The notes: generated by a model not told the origin, from the letters alone. 43,775 nucleotides of DNA from a bacterium (GCA_041946805.1 JBHGBC010000034.1:1-43775), one strand, 5' to 3'; numbered from the stretch's first letter, positions 26,516 through 36,629 are shown. Numbers and translations are program-made.

Positions 26516-28249
26516 TCAAAAATCCGGCCGTAATAAGGCCATGTCCGCTTCATATTGTGATTTCACCAACTGGACGATCTCATCCGGCCGGATCAGGGAT
26601 TTTTCCAGGGTTTTGCGTGGCACGTATTCCACCACGCCTTCATGCAACGATTTCTCACCCACAACCACCCGGTAGGGCAGGCCGAGGAGGTCGGCGTCCT
26701 TGAACTTGATCCCGGGCCGCTCGTCGCGGTCATCGAGCAATACTTCGAGGCCCGCCTGTTGGAACGATTGGTACAATTCCTCCGCGACGCGGGTCACTTC
26801 GGGATTCCGCACCGACAAGTTGAGCAAGTGCACGTGATACGGCGCGACGGAAACCGGCCAGATGATGCCCTTGTCGTCGGCGTTCTCTTCCACCACGGCG
26901 GCCATGGTCCGGCTCACGCCGATGCCATAGCACCCCATGATCATGGGCCGCCGCTGGCTGTCCTCGCCGGTGTAATACGCTTGCAGCGCCTCACTGTACT
27001 TGGCGCCCAGCACGAAGACATGGCCCACTTCGATCCCGAAACGCATGGACAGCGTGCCCGTGCCGCACCGGGGACAGGCATCGCCCTCGTCCACGGCCCG
27101 GAAATCGCCCCATTCATCGGGTTGAAAATCCCGGCCGGGCGCGACGTGTTGGATATGATAGTCTTTCTTGTTCGCCCCCGTGACTCCGGCCACGATGGTC
27201 CGGATGTAATGATCGGCGAAAATTTTCACGCCCCGCAGGCCCACCGGACCGGCGAAACCCACGGGCGCTTGGGTGACTTCGGCGATCATCTCGGGAGACG
27301 CCATATCCACCGGTCCTTTGACGGCCTTGATGACCTTGGCCTCGTTGACCGTATGGTCCCCCCGGATGAGAACCACAAATGGCTCTCCGTGTGACACATA
27401 GATCAACGTTTTGATCATGCTCGCAGGCGTGATCTTCAAAAATTCCGCCACTTCCTCCACCGTGCGCAAGTCAGGCGTGTGCACTTCCTCCATGGGCGGA
27501 ACCGGGGCGCCCGCCGGGGGATCTCCCGGCGCGCGGGACTCGGTCAATTCGCGGTTGGCCCGGTAGCCGCAATGGGAGCAGGAGACGATTTCCGCCTCGC
27601 CGATCTCCGCCGGAACCATGAACTCGTGGGACAAGTTGCCGCCCATGACGCCCGTGTCCGCCTCCACAGGGATGGTGGTCAAGCCGCAGCGGTGGAACGT
27701 CCGCTTATACGCGTCGTACATGAGCTGGTACGACCGGGCGGCGCCGGCTTCATCCACATCGAAGGAATAACCGTCCTTCATGATGAATTCCCGCGCCCGC
27801 ACGATGCCGAACCGCGGCCGGATTTCATCGCGGAACTTGGTTTGGATCTGATAGAGATTCTTGGGCAAGTCCCGATAGGAGCGGATTTCGCCCGCCACCA
27901 GGCTGGTGATGACTTCCTCGTGCGTGGGACCCAGAACGAACTGGCGTTCGTTGCGGTCCAGCAGGCGCATCATTTCCGGTCCCATAGCTTCCCAGCGGCC
28001 GGTTTTTTTCCATAACTCATCGGGCTGAAGAGTAGGTAGCAGCACTTCGATCGCGCCGGAAGCGTCCATTTCCTCCCGTACGATCTGCTCGACTTTGCGC
28101 AACGTCCGCCAGCCCAGCGGCAGATAGATGTATAATCCGGCAGCCAGCTGGCGTATCAAGCCCGCCCGGAGCATCAAAATGTGGCTTTTGGCCTCAGCCT
28201 CTTTGGGAACTTCGCGAAGTGTCGGGAAAAATCCGGCCGATTGTCTCAT
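26516..28249 (-). CDS. proS: Proline--tRNA ligase (long form with editing insertion)
   Basis: LGPTHEE, YQIQTKFRDEIRPRFG, REFIMKDGYSF, GIEVGHVF, MGCYGIGVSR, DDRDERPGIKFKDADL. Confidence 0.98.
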   Translation of the reverse strand: MRQSAGFFPTLREVPKEAEAKSHILMLRAGLIRQLAAGLYIYLPLGWRTLRKVEQIVREEMDASGAIEVLLPTLQPDELWKKTGRWEAMGPEMMRLLDRNERQFVLGPTHEEVITSLVAGEIRSYRDLPKNLYQIQTKFRDEIRPRFGIVRAREFIMKDGYSFDVDEAGAARSYQLMYDAYKRTFHRCGLTTIPVEADTGVMGGNLSHEFMVPAEIGEAEIVSCSHCGYRANRELTESRAPGDPPAGAPVPPMEEVHTPDLRTVEEVAEFLKITPASMIKTLIYVSHGEPFVVLIRGDHTVNEAKVIKAVKGPVDMASPEMIAEVTQAPVGFAGPVGLRGVKIFADHYIRTIVAGVTGANKKDYHIQHVAPGRDFQPDEWGDFRAVDEGDACPRCGTGTLSMRFGIEVGHVFVLGAKYSEALQAYYTGEDSQRRPMIMGCYGIGVSRTMAAVVEENADDKGIIWPVSVAPYHVHLLNLSVRNPEVTRVAEELYQSFQQAGLEVLLDDRDERPGIKFKDADLLGLPYRVVVGEKSLHEGVVEYVPRKTLEKSLIRPDEIVQLVKSQYEADMALLRPDF

Positions 28250-28749
28250 GCGTTTTACTCATCCCCGCGTTTCAGATCAGGAATTCTACGAATTTTGTAA
28301 CGGCGCAACGGGATCCGGCTCTAATGCGCCAACCACCGCAGCCCCGTGGACTGTCTCCGTGAATGGTATAGTATGGCATGACCCGCTGGGGGACGAAGGC
28401 GCGTGAAGAGCGGCCGGCTGTTTTTATGACGCTTTCGCGGTTTTTTGTACTGGTATGCCCCTTACTTTTATATGCGAATGAATCATGGTTGGATTGGTCA
28501 TCCCGTCAGGGAAAAGATGAATCGTCCTGTAATACCTCCCCCCAACCCTCTCCCGGAAGGCTGATCCTTACCCAGAAGTCCTGATTATGCCTTTGAATTT
28601 CATCCCCGCAGGCGCGGGGAAGACATCCGGATATTGGGAAGATATCAGATTGATGGAATGACAATGGATTTACGAGATGACATCCCATCGGGGGAATGAG
28701 ACCGGATGTAGAAAGAAGTGATGGCCAACACGGGGTCGTGGGATGGGGC

Positions 28750-29838
28750 TTATTCAAATCCCTCCCCGGAATGGTCGGGAAGAATATCCTGCAAGGGAGA
28801 GGGCAGCGGGGCGTTGCCGGTGGTATGGCTCAACACACCGTCCCGCGAAATGACATCCAGCAAAGGCACCAGCCGCTGGGCCGAACGGTTCGTCTTGGCC
28901 TCGTTGAACAAGTGCAAACGCTTCATCAGCACAGGGTCGGCCTTGTAGGGAACCCGCATCCGGACATTGCCGTCGTAGCTGAAGACCTTGGTCATGAAGC
29001 CCTTCTCCACAATCGTGGAAGCCATCTGATCCTTGCCCAGTTTTTCCACGGAGACTTGGCCGGTCCGCACCACCACGGTGGTTTCCTTCATGGGGCCGGA
29101 ATTGATGCTGATATAGAACTGCGTCCCGAAAACCATGGTCCGGGAATTGGAACACAAAACGCTGAAACCTTCCTTGGCCGGACGCACGTCGATGTACAAT
29201 TCGCCGGAATTCAAACTCAGCCGCCGGTCGGTGCCCACGTTGGACGTGCCTCCCTCATCCTGGTAGGCGTTCACCGAAAACCACGTGTCATAGGTCGCGT
29301 ACGCCAGGGAGCCGTCCGGGAATTCGATGAATTCCCCTTCCGGCCGGGAAATGTAGATGGGCTCGAAGGGGGTGATCCGCATCAGGGTTCCATTCCGCTT
29401 GATGTGGACAAAATGCTCATCTTCCACGTTGCCGACCCGCATGGTCAGGAGCACGCCGACCACACAGATCAACATGGAAGCCGCCAAGGCGTAATGCCGC
29501 CGGTTGCGGTCCAGACAATACGCGGCCGCCGCCCACACCTGTTCCGAAATCCGTTGGCTCCAGGTGATCGGCTGAAGAGAGGGGATCACATCCATGACCT
29601 GGTCGGCGATCAGGTCGGGCACGGCGCCCATGGCCATTTTCTGGCGCAGCCGGCCGCTCATCAATTGTTCTTCGCGCTCGACCACGCGGTAGAAACGCGC
29701 GCAATCCTCGCATTTGTCCAAATGCCGGCGCACGCGTTCGCAACCCGCCGGGAAGAGTTCTCCGTCGATGAACAACAAAATCTCTTGTTCCCACTCGGTG
29801 CAACAACCGGTATAGCAATAACGCCCTTCACTGGCCAT
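28750..29838 (-). CDS. Anti-sigma factor: zinc-finger (zf-HC2) + TM + FecR-like domain
   Basis: FIDGEL...RRHLDKCEDC; TM LAASMLICVVGVLL; FPDGS, LNSGELYIDV, VFGTQF, VVVRTGQVSV; overlaps the sigma-factor stop. Confidence 0.85.
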   Translation of the reverse strand: MASEGRYCYTGCCTEWEQEILLFIDGELFPAGCERVRRHLDKCEDCARFYRVVEREEQLMSGRLRQKMAMGAVPDLIADQVMDVIPSLQPITWSQRISEQVWAAAAYCLDRNRRHYALAASMLICVVGVLLTMRVGNVEDEHFVHIKRNGTLMRITPFEPIYISRPEGEFIEFPDGSLAYATYDTWFSVNAYQDEGGTSNVGTDRRLSLNSGELYIDVRPAKEGFSVLCSNSRTMVFGTQFYISINSGPMKETTVVVRTGQVSVEKLGKDQMASTIVEKGFMTKVFSYDGNVRMRVPYKADPVLMKRLHLFNEAKTNRSAQRLVPLLDVISRDGVLSHTTGNAPLPSPLQDILPDHSGEGFE

Positions 29839-30394
29839 TTTCAACTCTCCGAATTCGATCCACGCCTTCTCGCAACAGCCGCCGTCCCTCGAACAAACGG
29901 GATCGAACCAGGTCCACGGGCAAATCCAACATTTCCGCGATCTCTTGATACGAGTAATCTTCCAGATATTTCAGCCGGAGCAGCACCTGGTATTTCTCCG
30001 GCAGCTGATCCAACTTGGCAAGCAGAATCTCCACGATATCCAATCCGTCTTCCCCCGGCGGACGCATCGGCACCACATTGGAAATTTCCGCAACGGGCAA
30101 GGAATCCAGATTTTCCGGCTGGACTTTCATCCGGCGCAACGCGGCATAACACAAGTTCCGTGTGATGCCGAAGAGCCAGGCGCCGAATTTTTCCCGCTCC
30201 TTGAGCGTATGTAGATTTTTATAGGCTTGCAGGAACGCTTCTTGGGATACATCCTGGGCTTCCGTGGCGTTTCGTACCATACTGCAGGCCAGGAGAAAAA
30301 CCTTCCGCTGATATTTTTCCACCAACGGCCGGTAACATTCCCTCCGCCCATTCAAGACTTGATCGATCAACGTCACTTCCGCGTTCTGAACCAT
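29828..30394 (-). CDS. ECF RNA polymerase sigma factor
   Basis: LVEKYQ, AQDVSQEAFLQAY, FGAWLFGITRN, LPEKYQ, SYQEIAEML, VRSRLFEGRRLL; start trimmed from the ORF track. Confidence 0.93.
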   Translation of the reverse strand: MVQNAEVTLIDQVLNGRRECYRPLVEKYQRKVFLLACSMVRNATEAQDVSQEAFLQAYKNLHTLKEREKFGAWLFGITRNLCYAALRRMKVQPENLDSLPVAEISNVVPMRPPGEDGLDIVEILLAKLDQLPEKYQVLLRLKYLEDYSYQEIAEMLDLPVDLVRSRLFEGRRLLREGVDRIRRVENGQ

Positions 30395-30589
30395 ATTGAC
30401 ATCTTTCCGCAACCATTCCATGTTGAGATATATCACAAATTGGCGGAACTGTCCGATCCACCATGAAAGAACATCTCCCGGCCTGACTATAATTAATGGC
30501 CGAAAAGCACCATAATTCAAGCGGGAATGAGCCTTAACCATCAATTTTTAAGATGAATCACTCGATTTCAAGGCGCACCCCCGTGACCT

Positions 30590-32098
30590 ATGAGTATCTG
30601 GAAATCCTGCTTGACCCGCACCTGGCAGTTTTCCGCCCGGGAAACCTCCCGAGTCGAGACCTGTTCCATTGATATTCCAGGAGATATAACCACATTACGC
30701 ATCCGTTGCCATCATGCTCCCCGGGAAGTGGCGATCGATCCGGCCTGGACCGATTACCTTTTTTCTCTTTATTCCCGGCACCCTGAAATCACTCCCGATC
30801 AACACGATCTTCCCCGTAAAGCCTTTGATCACGCCTTACGCGTAAAAACCAACCGGGTTCCCCTCTTCTACCTTTATGATTCGCAAAACTCATTCCGGGG
30901 CCGTTGGGATCCCTCCTTCTCCGGTTGGAAAATCATCGGCCCGTCATGGGCTTCCGATGGCTTTGTTCCCGGTTTCCTGCCACCCGGTCCCCTCCGGGTG
31001 GAACTCCATGTGCCGGGCAGTCTCCCCGAACCGGTCTCCATTCACCTTCAGGTGGAAGGCTCGCCGGATTCGGGAGAATCCAACATCGTGACCAATTTAT
31101 TCCATCCCCCGGACGATAAAAGTCCGGAGATGCAAACTCGATGGTATATCGGGGAACTCCACGAACATACAACCCGCAGCAACGGGCGTCTTTCTCCGGA
31201 CGATACGATCGCGGCCTATCATTCCGCCGGCTACGAGTTTCTCGCTCTGAGTGATCACGGGGTTCCTCCCCTGGACTCTCTTCCCTTCCTCCCTCCTCTC
31301 ACCCTCATCCGGGGCCAGGAAGTTGAAACTCCGTGCGGCCATGCCGTGCTGTTAGGTGTCCACGGCTATACACGGGTCTACCCGGAGGAGGGTCCGGAAA
31401 GTCTGCCCGGATTGATTTACAACACGCATCTCCAGGGCGGATTGTGGTGCGTGGTCCACCCCTTCGGCCTGGACGCCTTCTCGCCGGATCCTTCCTGGAA
31501 CATCCGGGACATGGATTGGAAAGGAGTGGATTTGCTTGAAGTCTGGCCAGGACGCTGGAGCGAGCGTTTTCCGGAAATTTTGAAATCCCTGGATTTATGG
31601 GACCATCTGCTGAACCGGGGGCACAGGATATTTGGAACCAGCGGGAAAGGATCAGGAATCTCACTGGATTCCTCAACCGTGGAACATCTCCCCAAAACGC
31701 TGGTGTTGAGCGAAGGGTCCACGGAAACGCAGCTGCTTGCGGCCCTCAAGCAAGGTCATTTTTATTCAACCGTCGAGCCGGCCCTCTCCCTGAGGCTGGA
31801 ATCGGAGTATGGGGACGCCCTCATGGGGGATGAGATCAAAATCCCCGTTCAACAACCATATACCCTCCAGGTAGAAGTCTCCCCGATGGAACGGGGATTT
31901 CTCAAAATCAAAACCAACCAGGGCGTCTACTGTCAGATGCCGGTTTCCTCCACGCGCGGCACTCATTTGAAACTTTACGAACGCGCCCGCCCCGGCGTCC
32001 AATGGCACCGGTTGGAATTGTACCGCTACGGCCGGCCCCTCGATGAGTTGCTGGCCTTGGGCAATCCCGTCTTCGTCCGGGGATTTCACCGCCTGTGA
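30590..32098 (+). CDS. PHP-domain metallohydrolase (CehA/McbA-like)
   Basis: WYIGELHEHTTRSNG, GYEFLALSDH, GQEV..CGHA, VVHPF, LAALKQGHFY. Confidence 0.8.
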   Translation: MSIWKSCLTRTWQFSARETSRVETCSIDIPGDITTLRIRCHHAPREVAIDPAWTDYLFSLYSRHPEITPDQHDLPRKAFDHALRVKTNRVPLFYLYDSQNSFRGRWDPSFSGWKIIGPSWASDGFVPGFLPPGPLRVELHVPGSLPEPVSIHLQVEGSPDSGESNIVTNLFHPPDDKSPEMQTRWYIGELHEHTTRSNGRLSPDDTIAAYHSAGYEFLALSDHGVPPLDSLPFLPPLTLIRGQEVETPCGHAVLLGVHGYTRVYPEEGPESLPGLIYNTHLQGGLWCVVHPFGLDAFSPDPSWNIRDMDWKGVDLLEVWPGRWSERFPEILKSLDLWDHLLNRGHRIFGTSGKGSGISLDSSTVEHLPKTLVLSEGSTETQLLAALKQGHFYSTVEPALSLRLESEYGDALMGDEIKIPVQQPYTLQVEVSPMERGFLKIKTNQGVYCQMPVSSTRGTHLKLYERARPGVQWHRLELYRYGRPLDELLALGNPVFVRGFHRL

Positions 32099-32112
32099 TG
32101 CGTCCGCCCCGG

Positions 32113-33390
32113 TCAGGTGGGAAGTGACCAAGGTTTCCGGTAGGGCTTCTGGCACAGGGCGTCCGCCTCGGGATCGCCGATCACCCTTTCGGTCTCCACA
32201 TCCCAACGGATTTTCCGGCCCACCCGGTACGAGATGTTCGCCAGTTCGCCCGGAACGCTTGAGCGGTGGCCGGTCAAAATATCCGCCGAGGGCAGTTTTC
32301 GGGATTTGACGCAATCCAGAAACTCCCGGACATGTGGATGCACGATTTCTTCCCCGTCGGCGTGCATCGGTTCCATGGCGTCGCCTTCGGGGACCACGTC
32401 GAATCCGCCCCGGTCCAGGAACAGCGTACCCTTGGTCCCATAGAAAATATTCCCGTAATTGTGCCCATGGATCCGCCGGAGGTTGCCGTTCGAGAAGCGC
32501 AACCGGTAAATCAGCATGAAACCCGGATATTCGTAGGTAGCCTCCAGGGTATCCGGCATTTCGGTGCTGTCCTCGATCCAAAATTTCCCGCCCATGGCGC
32601 AGCAGCTCAGCGGGCCGTCCACCTTCATGGCCCAATGCACCACATCGTTGTGATGCACCGCCCAGTCGGATTGCCACCCCCCGGCGTAATCCCAGTAAAA
32701 GTAATGCCCCTGGATCCGGTTGACGTTATACGGGACCTTGGGCGAGGGCCCCAGCCACAGATCCCAATCCAGTTCCGGCGGGGGCGTGGAGTCGGGCTGG
32801 AATCCCAAACCTTCCTTCGGCCGGTTTTCCAGGTTGAAAGTCTCGACCATGTTGATGGTGCCGAGTTGACCGCTCTGGATGATCTCCACCGCCTGCTGGT
32901 AATGAGGGATGTTGCGCTGCTGGGTTCCCACCTGGACGATCCGGTGGTTTTCGCGGGCTGCCTTGACCACCGCGCCGCCTTCCCGGGGTGTGATCGAAAC
33001 CGGCTTTTCCAGGTACACATCCTTCCCCGCCTGGCAAGCGTAGATGGCGGGCAGCGGGTGCCAATGGCCGTTGGGGGCGACGATCACCACGTCGATATCC
33101 TTGATTTCCAGCAACTTACGGAAATCCTGGACGATTTGGGCCTCGCCGCCCGCCGCTTCCCGGCCCTCTTCGGCGATCTTCCGATTGACATCGCACACGC
33201 ACTCGATCACCGTGTCATCGAACCGGCGGAACATGCTCATGACATACCGCCCGCGTCCCCCCGTGCCGATGCATCCCACCACGATCTTTTCATTGGCGCC
33301 CAGCACGTTCGCCGCTGGAGCGGCCGCCAGGGCCGCCGCCGCTCCCGAGCGTTTCAAAAATTCCCGCCGTGGAATCTTGGATTCAGTCAT
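32113..33390 (-). CDS. Tat-exported Gfo/Idh/MocA oxidoreductase
   Basis: PRREFLK twin-arginine signal; IGTGGRG, GKDVYLEKP, QVGTQQR, LDWDLWLGP, YRKPWSL; GGGGAG RBS; the ORF-track extension runs into a MITE. Confidence 0.92.
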   Translation of the reverse strand: MTESKIPRREFLKRSGAAAALAAAPAANVLGANEKIVVGCIGTGGRGRYVMSMFRRFDDTVIECVCDVNRKIAEEGREAAGGEAQIVQDFRKLLEIKDIDVVIVAPNGHWHPLPAIYACQAGKDVYLEKPVSITPREGGAVVKAARENHRIVQVGTQQRNIPHYQQAVEIIQSGQLGTINMVETFNLENRPKEGLGFQPDSTPPPELDWDLWLGPSPKVPYNVNRIQGHYFYWDYAGGWQSDWAVHHNDVVHWAMKVDGPLSCCAMGGKFWIEDSTEMPDTLEATYEYPGFMLIYRLRFSNGNLRRIHGHNYGNIFYGTKGTLFLDRGGFDVVPEGDAMEPMHADGEEIVHPHVREFLDCVKSRKLPSADILTGHRSSVPGELANISYRVGRKIRWDVETERVIGDPEADALCQKPYRKPWSLPT

Positions 33391-33422
33391 TCTCTTGGTC
33401 TCCCCTCGATGCGGAAAATATT

Positions 33423-33550
33423 GGTTCATCCGGCAAGTGCGTTCTACATGGTGAAAAAGGCATTCCATCCACTCGATGATGCGGGCGGACATCAAAGTCC
33501 ACCCCTACAAAAAATCCTTCACGCTACCCCTCTCCCAGAGGGAGAGGGAA
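33423..33550 (+). mobile_element. MITE copy 7 (left part only)
   Basis: GGTTCATCCGGCAAGTGCGTTC...AAGGCATTCCATCCACTCGATGAT.CGGGCGGAC closely matches 1817-1885; right TIR absent. Confidence 0.8.
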
Positions 33551-33573
33551 TTCATTGTTTGGGTCCCAATCGT

Positions 33574-34016
33574 CCCAGGGCTTGCGCCCTGGGCGATGCT
33601 CATGCCGCGCCGTTGGCGCTGGAAAGGCAACAACGCTTTTCAGATCAGGTTGGTGGGCTACATTGCGCTTGGAGCCCATCCTGCAACTTAACTTATATGG
33701 AAGTCATCCCCGTGAAATCGGGGATCCAGGAAGTTGTAGCGCAGGCGGCTCGCCTGCACACAATCCCGGATTGATTGAATATGAACAGCCGGGGGTGACA
33801 ATCCCCGGTATCGTTACCATGGTAAACGACCCCGCCGGGGTCGAACAATACTCATTTCAACCCCTGCGGGGTTGGTTCTTTTTTCCCCCAACCGTAGGCT
33901 ATCGCCTACGGCTATTCACGTTGATCCCCTCTAGGGATCAAATTCCCATGCAGGATCAGGACTTCCAGGCAAAGACCATTAAATGTAGGGCGGGATGAGC
34001 AACGCGAAATCCACCA
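33574..34016. repeat. Cluster of several palindromic REP-like elements
   Basis: Family C 33574-33620; family B 33703-33729; GTAGCGCAGGCGGCTCGCCTGC ~33736-33757; CGACCCCGCCGGGGTCG; ACCGTAGGCTATCGCCTACGG; GTAGGGCGGGATGAGCAACGCGAAATCCACC at 33985. Confidence 0.75.
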
Positions 34017-34126
34017 AAAGAAACTCTCCCCTTCTTCCTGGCTCCCTTCTTCCTGGCTGGCTTGCCGCCTGATTCTACCATACCGTCCGTTACACCGATA
34101 CCCGGATCCGGGGAAATCCATCCGGC

Positions 34127-35761
34127 TTACGGTTGCCGCTTCTCTTTCCGGAGTACGATCCGCTGGTTGGCTTGGATAGCTTTCGATTCGTTCCGGGAAC
34201 CATCCGGCCAGCGCACCGTGATCGCGTCCACCGTCTCCGCCTTCCCCAATCCAAAATGCAGCACGGCGCTGCCTTGCGAGAGAAAACTATCGCTGGAATA
34301 CAGTTCGGCTGTCTGCCGGCGTCCCCCGGCAGTGATCCAGACTCGCGCTCCATAAGCGGGCATGCCCCGTTCCTCCTGGAGGGCCACATCCACCCAGTTT
34401 CCGGACGGGCTTCGATTCTCCAGAAAAAACGGCCGGCCGTCCAAGTTGCTGATCACGATATCCATATCCCCGTCGCGATCGAAATCGGCCGCCGCGCTGC
34501 CCCGCGAGACTCCCTTGATTTGCAATCCCGGCCCGCTTGACTCCGTCACTCGTTTGAAAATCCCCTGGCCCTGGTTGTGATAGATCAATCCCGTCTGCGC
34601 GTAACCTTCCAGACTGGGGATATCATCGGCCACCGGGTACACGTGGCCGCAGGCGGCGTGCAGATCCGGCCAGGAATCGTTATCGAAGTCTTCCAGCAAT
34701 ACACCAAAACTCAGTTTCGGAATGCTTCCCTCCCCCGCCCCGGAAGCATAAGCCGCGTCGGTGAAACGCAGGTTTCCCTCGTTGCGGTATAGGATGTTGT
34801 ACTCTCCCTCAAAATTGGTCACCACGATGTCTTGATCCAGATCACCATCGGTGTCCCGAACCGCCACGCCCATGCCGCTTTGCGCCGAGCCATCCTCACT
34901 CAAGGCCGCTCCGGACAGAAGGGAGACATCCGTAAAAAAACCACCGCCCTGGTTCTCATATAAATGGTTGTAATTGGCGTCGTTGGCCACGTAGATATCC
35001 AAATCCCCGTCGTCATCCAGGTCGGAAAAATGGACCGTGAACGCGCGGCCCGCCTGGAACGAATTGATCCCCCGCGCCTTCGTTTCATCCCGGAACGTGC
35101 CATCACCGTTGTTGATGAACAGGTTGTCCTCCGCCGGTTGAAACGAGGCCGGGCCGATGAACACCAAGCGCCCATAATACGAACCGAATTTCCCCAACCG
35201 GTCCGCCAGCGCAAAGGTGAATTGCGCGTAATTCCCCACGTACAGGTCCAGAAATCCATCCCCGTTGACATCTCCAAAGGCCGCGCCGGTGCTCCAGCCG
35301 GTATTTTGCGCTCCACCCGCGTTCTCCACCGGAACAAACCGGCCGGCCCCCTCGTTCCGGTAAAGCCGGTTCGGCCCGAATTGAGTCAGGTAGCAATCCA
35401 GGTCTCCATCATTATCCACATCCGCGAAATACGCCCCCGCCCCATAGCCGGTATCGCCCAGGCCGCTTTCTTCCGTGGCATCCCGGAACGTCCCATCTTT
35501 CCGGTTGAGAAACAACCGGTGGCGGGGAGGAGATGCCGAGGCCTTTCCCTGGAGCGGTGCTCCATTGACAAAATAAATATCATCCCATCCGTCTCCATTC
35601 ACATCCGCCACCGCCAGGCCCGCCCCCTTGGCCTCAATGATGTAGTTTTTCTCCCGGGATCCGGAATCATGGGTGAAAGTCAGTCCCCGTTCCCAGGCGT
35701 TCTCCACAAAATCAAATTGCGTGATCAGGGCCAATGGAACCAACACCGAAACGGGAAGCAT
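34127..35761 (-). CDS. CRTAC1 / ASPIC-UnbV family FG-GAP repeat protein
   Basis: Repeated DxDxDGxxD motifs (DVNGDGWDDIY, DVDNDGDLD, DFDRDGDMD); C-terminal LHFGLG...VRWPDG. Confidence 0.92.
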   Translation of the reverse strand: MLPVSVLVPLALITQFDFVENAWERGLTFTHDSGSREKNYIIEAKGAGLAVADVNGDGWDDIYFVNGAPLQGKASASPPRHRLFLNRKDGTFRDATEESGLGDTGYGAGAYFADVDNDGDLDCYLTQFGPNRLYRNEGAGRFVPVENAGGAQNTGWSTGAAFGDVNGDGFLDLYVGNYAQFTFALADRLGKFGSYYGRLVFIGPASFQPAEDNLFINNGDGTFRDETKARGINSFQAGRAFTVHFSDLDDDGDLDIYVANDANYNHLYENQGGGFFTDVSLLSGAALSEDGSAQSGMGVAVRDTDGDLDQDIVVTNFEGEYNILYRNEGNLRFTDAAYASGAGEGSIPKLSFGVLLEDFDNDSWPDLHAACGHVYPVADDIPSLEGYAQTGLIYHNQGQGIFKRVTESSGPGLQIKGVSRGSAAADFDRDGDMDIVISNLDGRPFFLENRSPSGNWVDVALQEERGMPAYGARVWITAGGRRQTAELYSSDSFLSQGSAVLHFGLGKAETVDAITVRWPDGSRNESKAIQANQRIVLRKEKRQP

Positions 35762-35887
35762 AATGCTTGAATCCTCTCAGGTCATATCATAAACCGATTG
35801 AATATCTATTTTTAAACAACCAGCAAGTATGTACTAGAGCAGCGTTCAGGAACCCGCCGAGGGGGATGGGCGCGAAGTAAAGGCTTT

Positions 35888-36035
35888 CCCTCACCCTAAC
35901 CCTCTCCCAGAGGGAGAGGGAATTTTGGGTGTTACTTTCCCAGAGGGAGAGGGGATTTCGGGTGAATCTCTTCCACCCGTCGAATCGAGGTACGGACACC
36001 CGTTCGGAAAAAGGGGCGCCCTGATCGGATGAACG
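35888..36035 (+). mobile_element. MITE copy 8 (right part, with a duplicated family A hairpin)
   Basis: CCCTCACCCTAACCCTCTCCCAGAGGGAGAGGG, a second TTTCCCAGAGGGAGAGGG, and degenerate right TIR GGGCGCCCTGATCGGATGAACG. Confidence 0.65.
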
Positions 36036-36113
36036 AGAAATCATTGCCTTGCCCGCTCAATCCGGCCTGCTACCATTCCCTCCATAACTATTAGGAACAA
36101 GGAGAGATACCGC

Positions 36114-36629
36114 ATGTATCCGGTTCCCGGACACGTGGCGCTGGCAATGTTGGGAAATCGTTATGGGAAGGCGGATTGGATTCCGGTGTTGATCGGCGGA
36201 TTGTTGCCGGACCTCATCGACAAGCCGTTAAACGACATCCTGCAGTGGACGCCCCATGGCCGGTACGCCATGCACAGCTTGACAGCCGTGGTGGCGCTCA
36301 CGCTGGCGATTCACTTTTTCACCCATTGGCAAACGGCATATTCGTACATGATCGGCCATCTCTCTCATTTGCTGGGAGACTCCGATTTCAATCCTTGGTT
36401 CTGGCCGTTTGTCCACTACCGGTATCCACCCGGAATCGACATATTAGAGATACTCTCCGCGCCGGGGACCATCTTTTTCCCCGGCTGGATTTTGCTGGAA
36501 ACCATCATTCTGGGGCTGGTGATCTTCCTGTATACCCGGTACGCGGAGAAACGCTCCGTGCAGGCGGCGGCGTTGATCATGATTGCCGCGTTAACTATCT
36601 ACCGCCTTACCTGCCAACGCCCGGCCTGA
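36114..36629 (+). CDS. Membrane-bound metal-dependent hydrolase (YdjM-like)
   Basis: GH, GGLLPDLIDKP, HSL, GHLSHLLGD motifs; AAGGAG RBS. Confidence 0.85.
   Translation: MYPVPGHVALAMLGNRYGKADWIPVLIGGLLPDLIDKPLNDILQWTPHGRYAMHSLTAVVALTLAIHFFTHWQTAYSYMIGHLSHLLGDSDFNPWFWPFVHYRYPPGIDILEILSAPGTIFFPGWILLETIILGLVIFLYTRYAEKRSVQAAALIMIAALTIYRLTCQRPA

Noticed and set aside
1..36035. Recurrent 30-60 bp repeats as a CRISPR array
   Set aside because: The copies are dispersed, in both orientations and diverged, with no regular spacers and no cas genes
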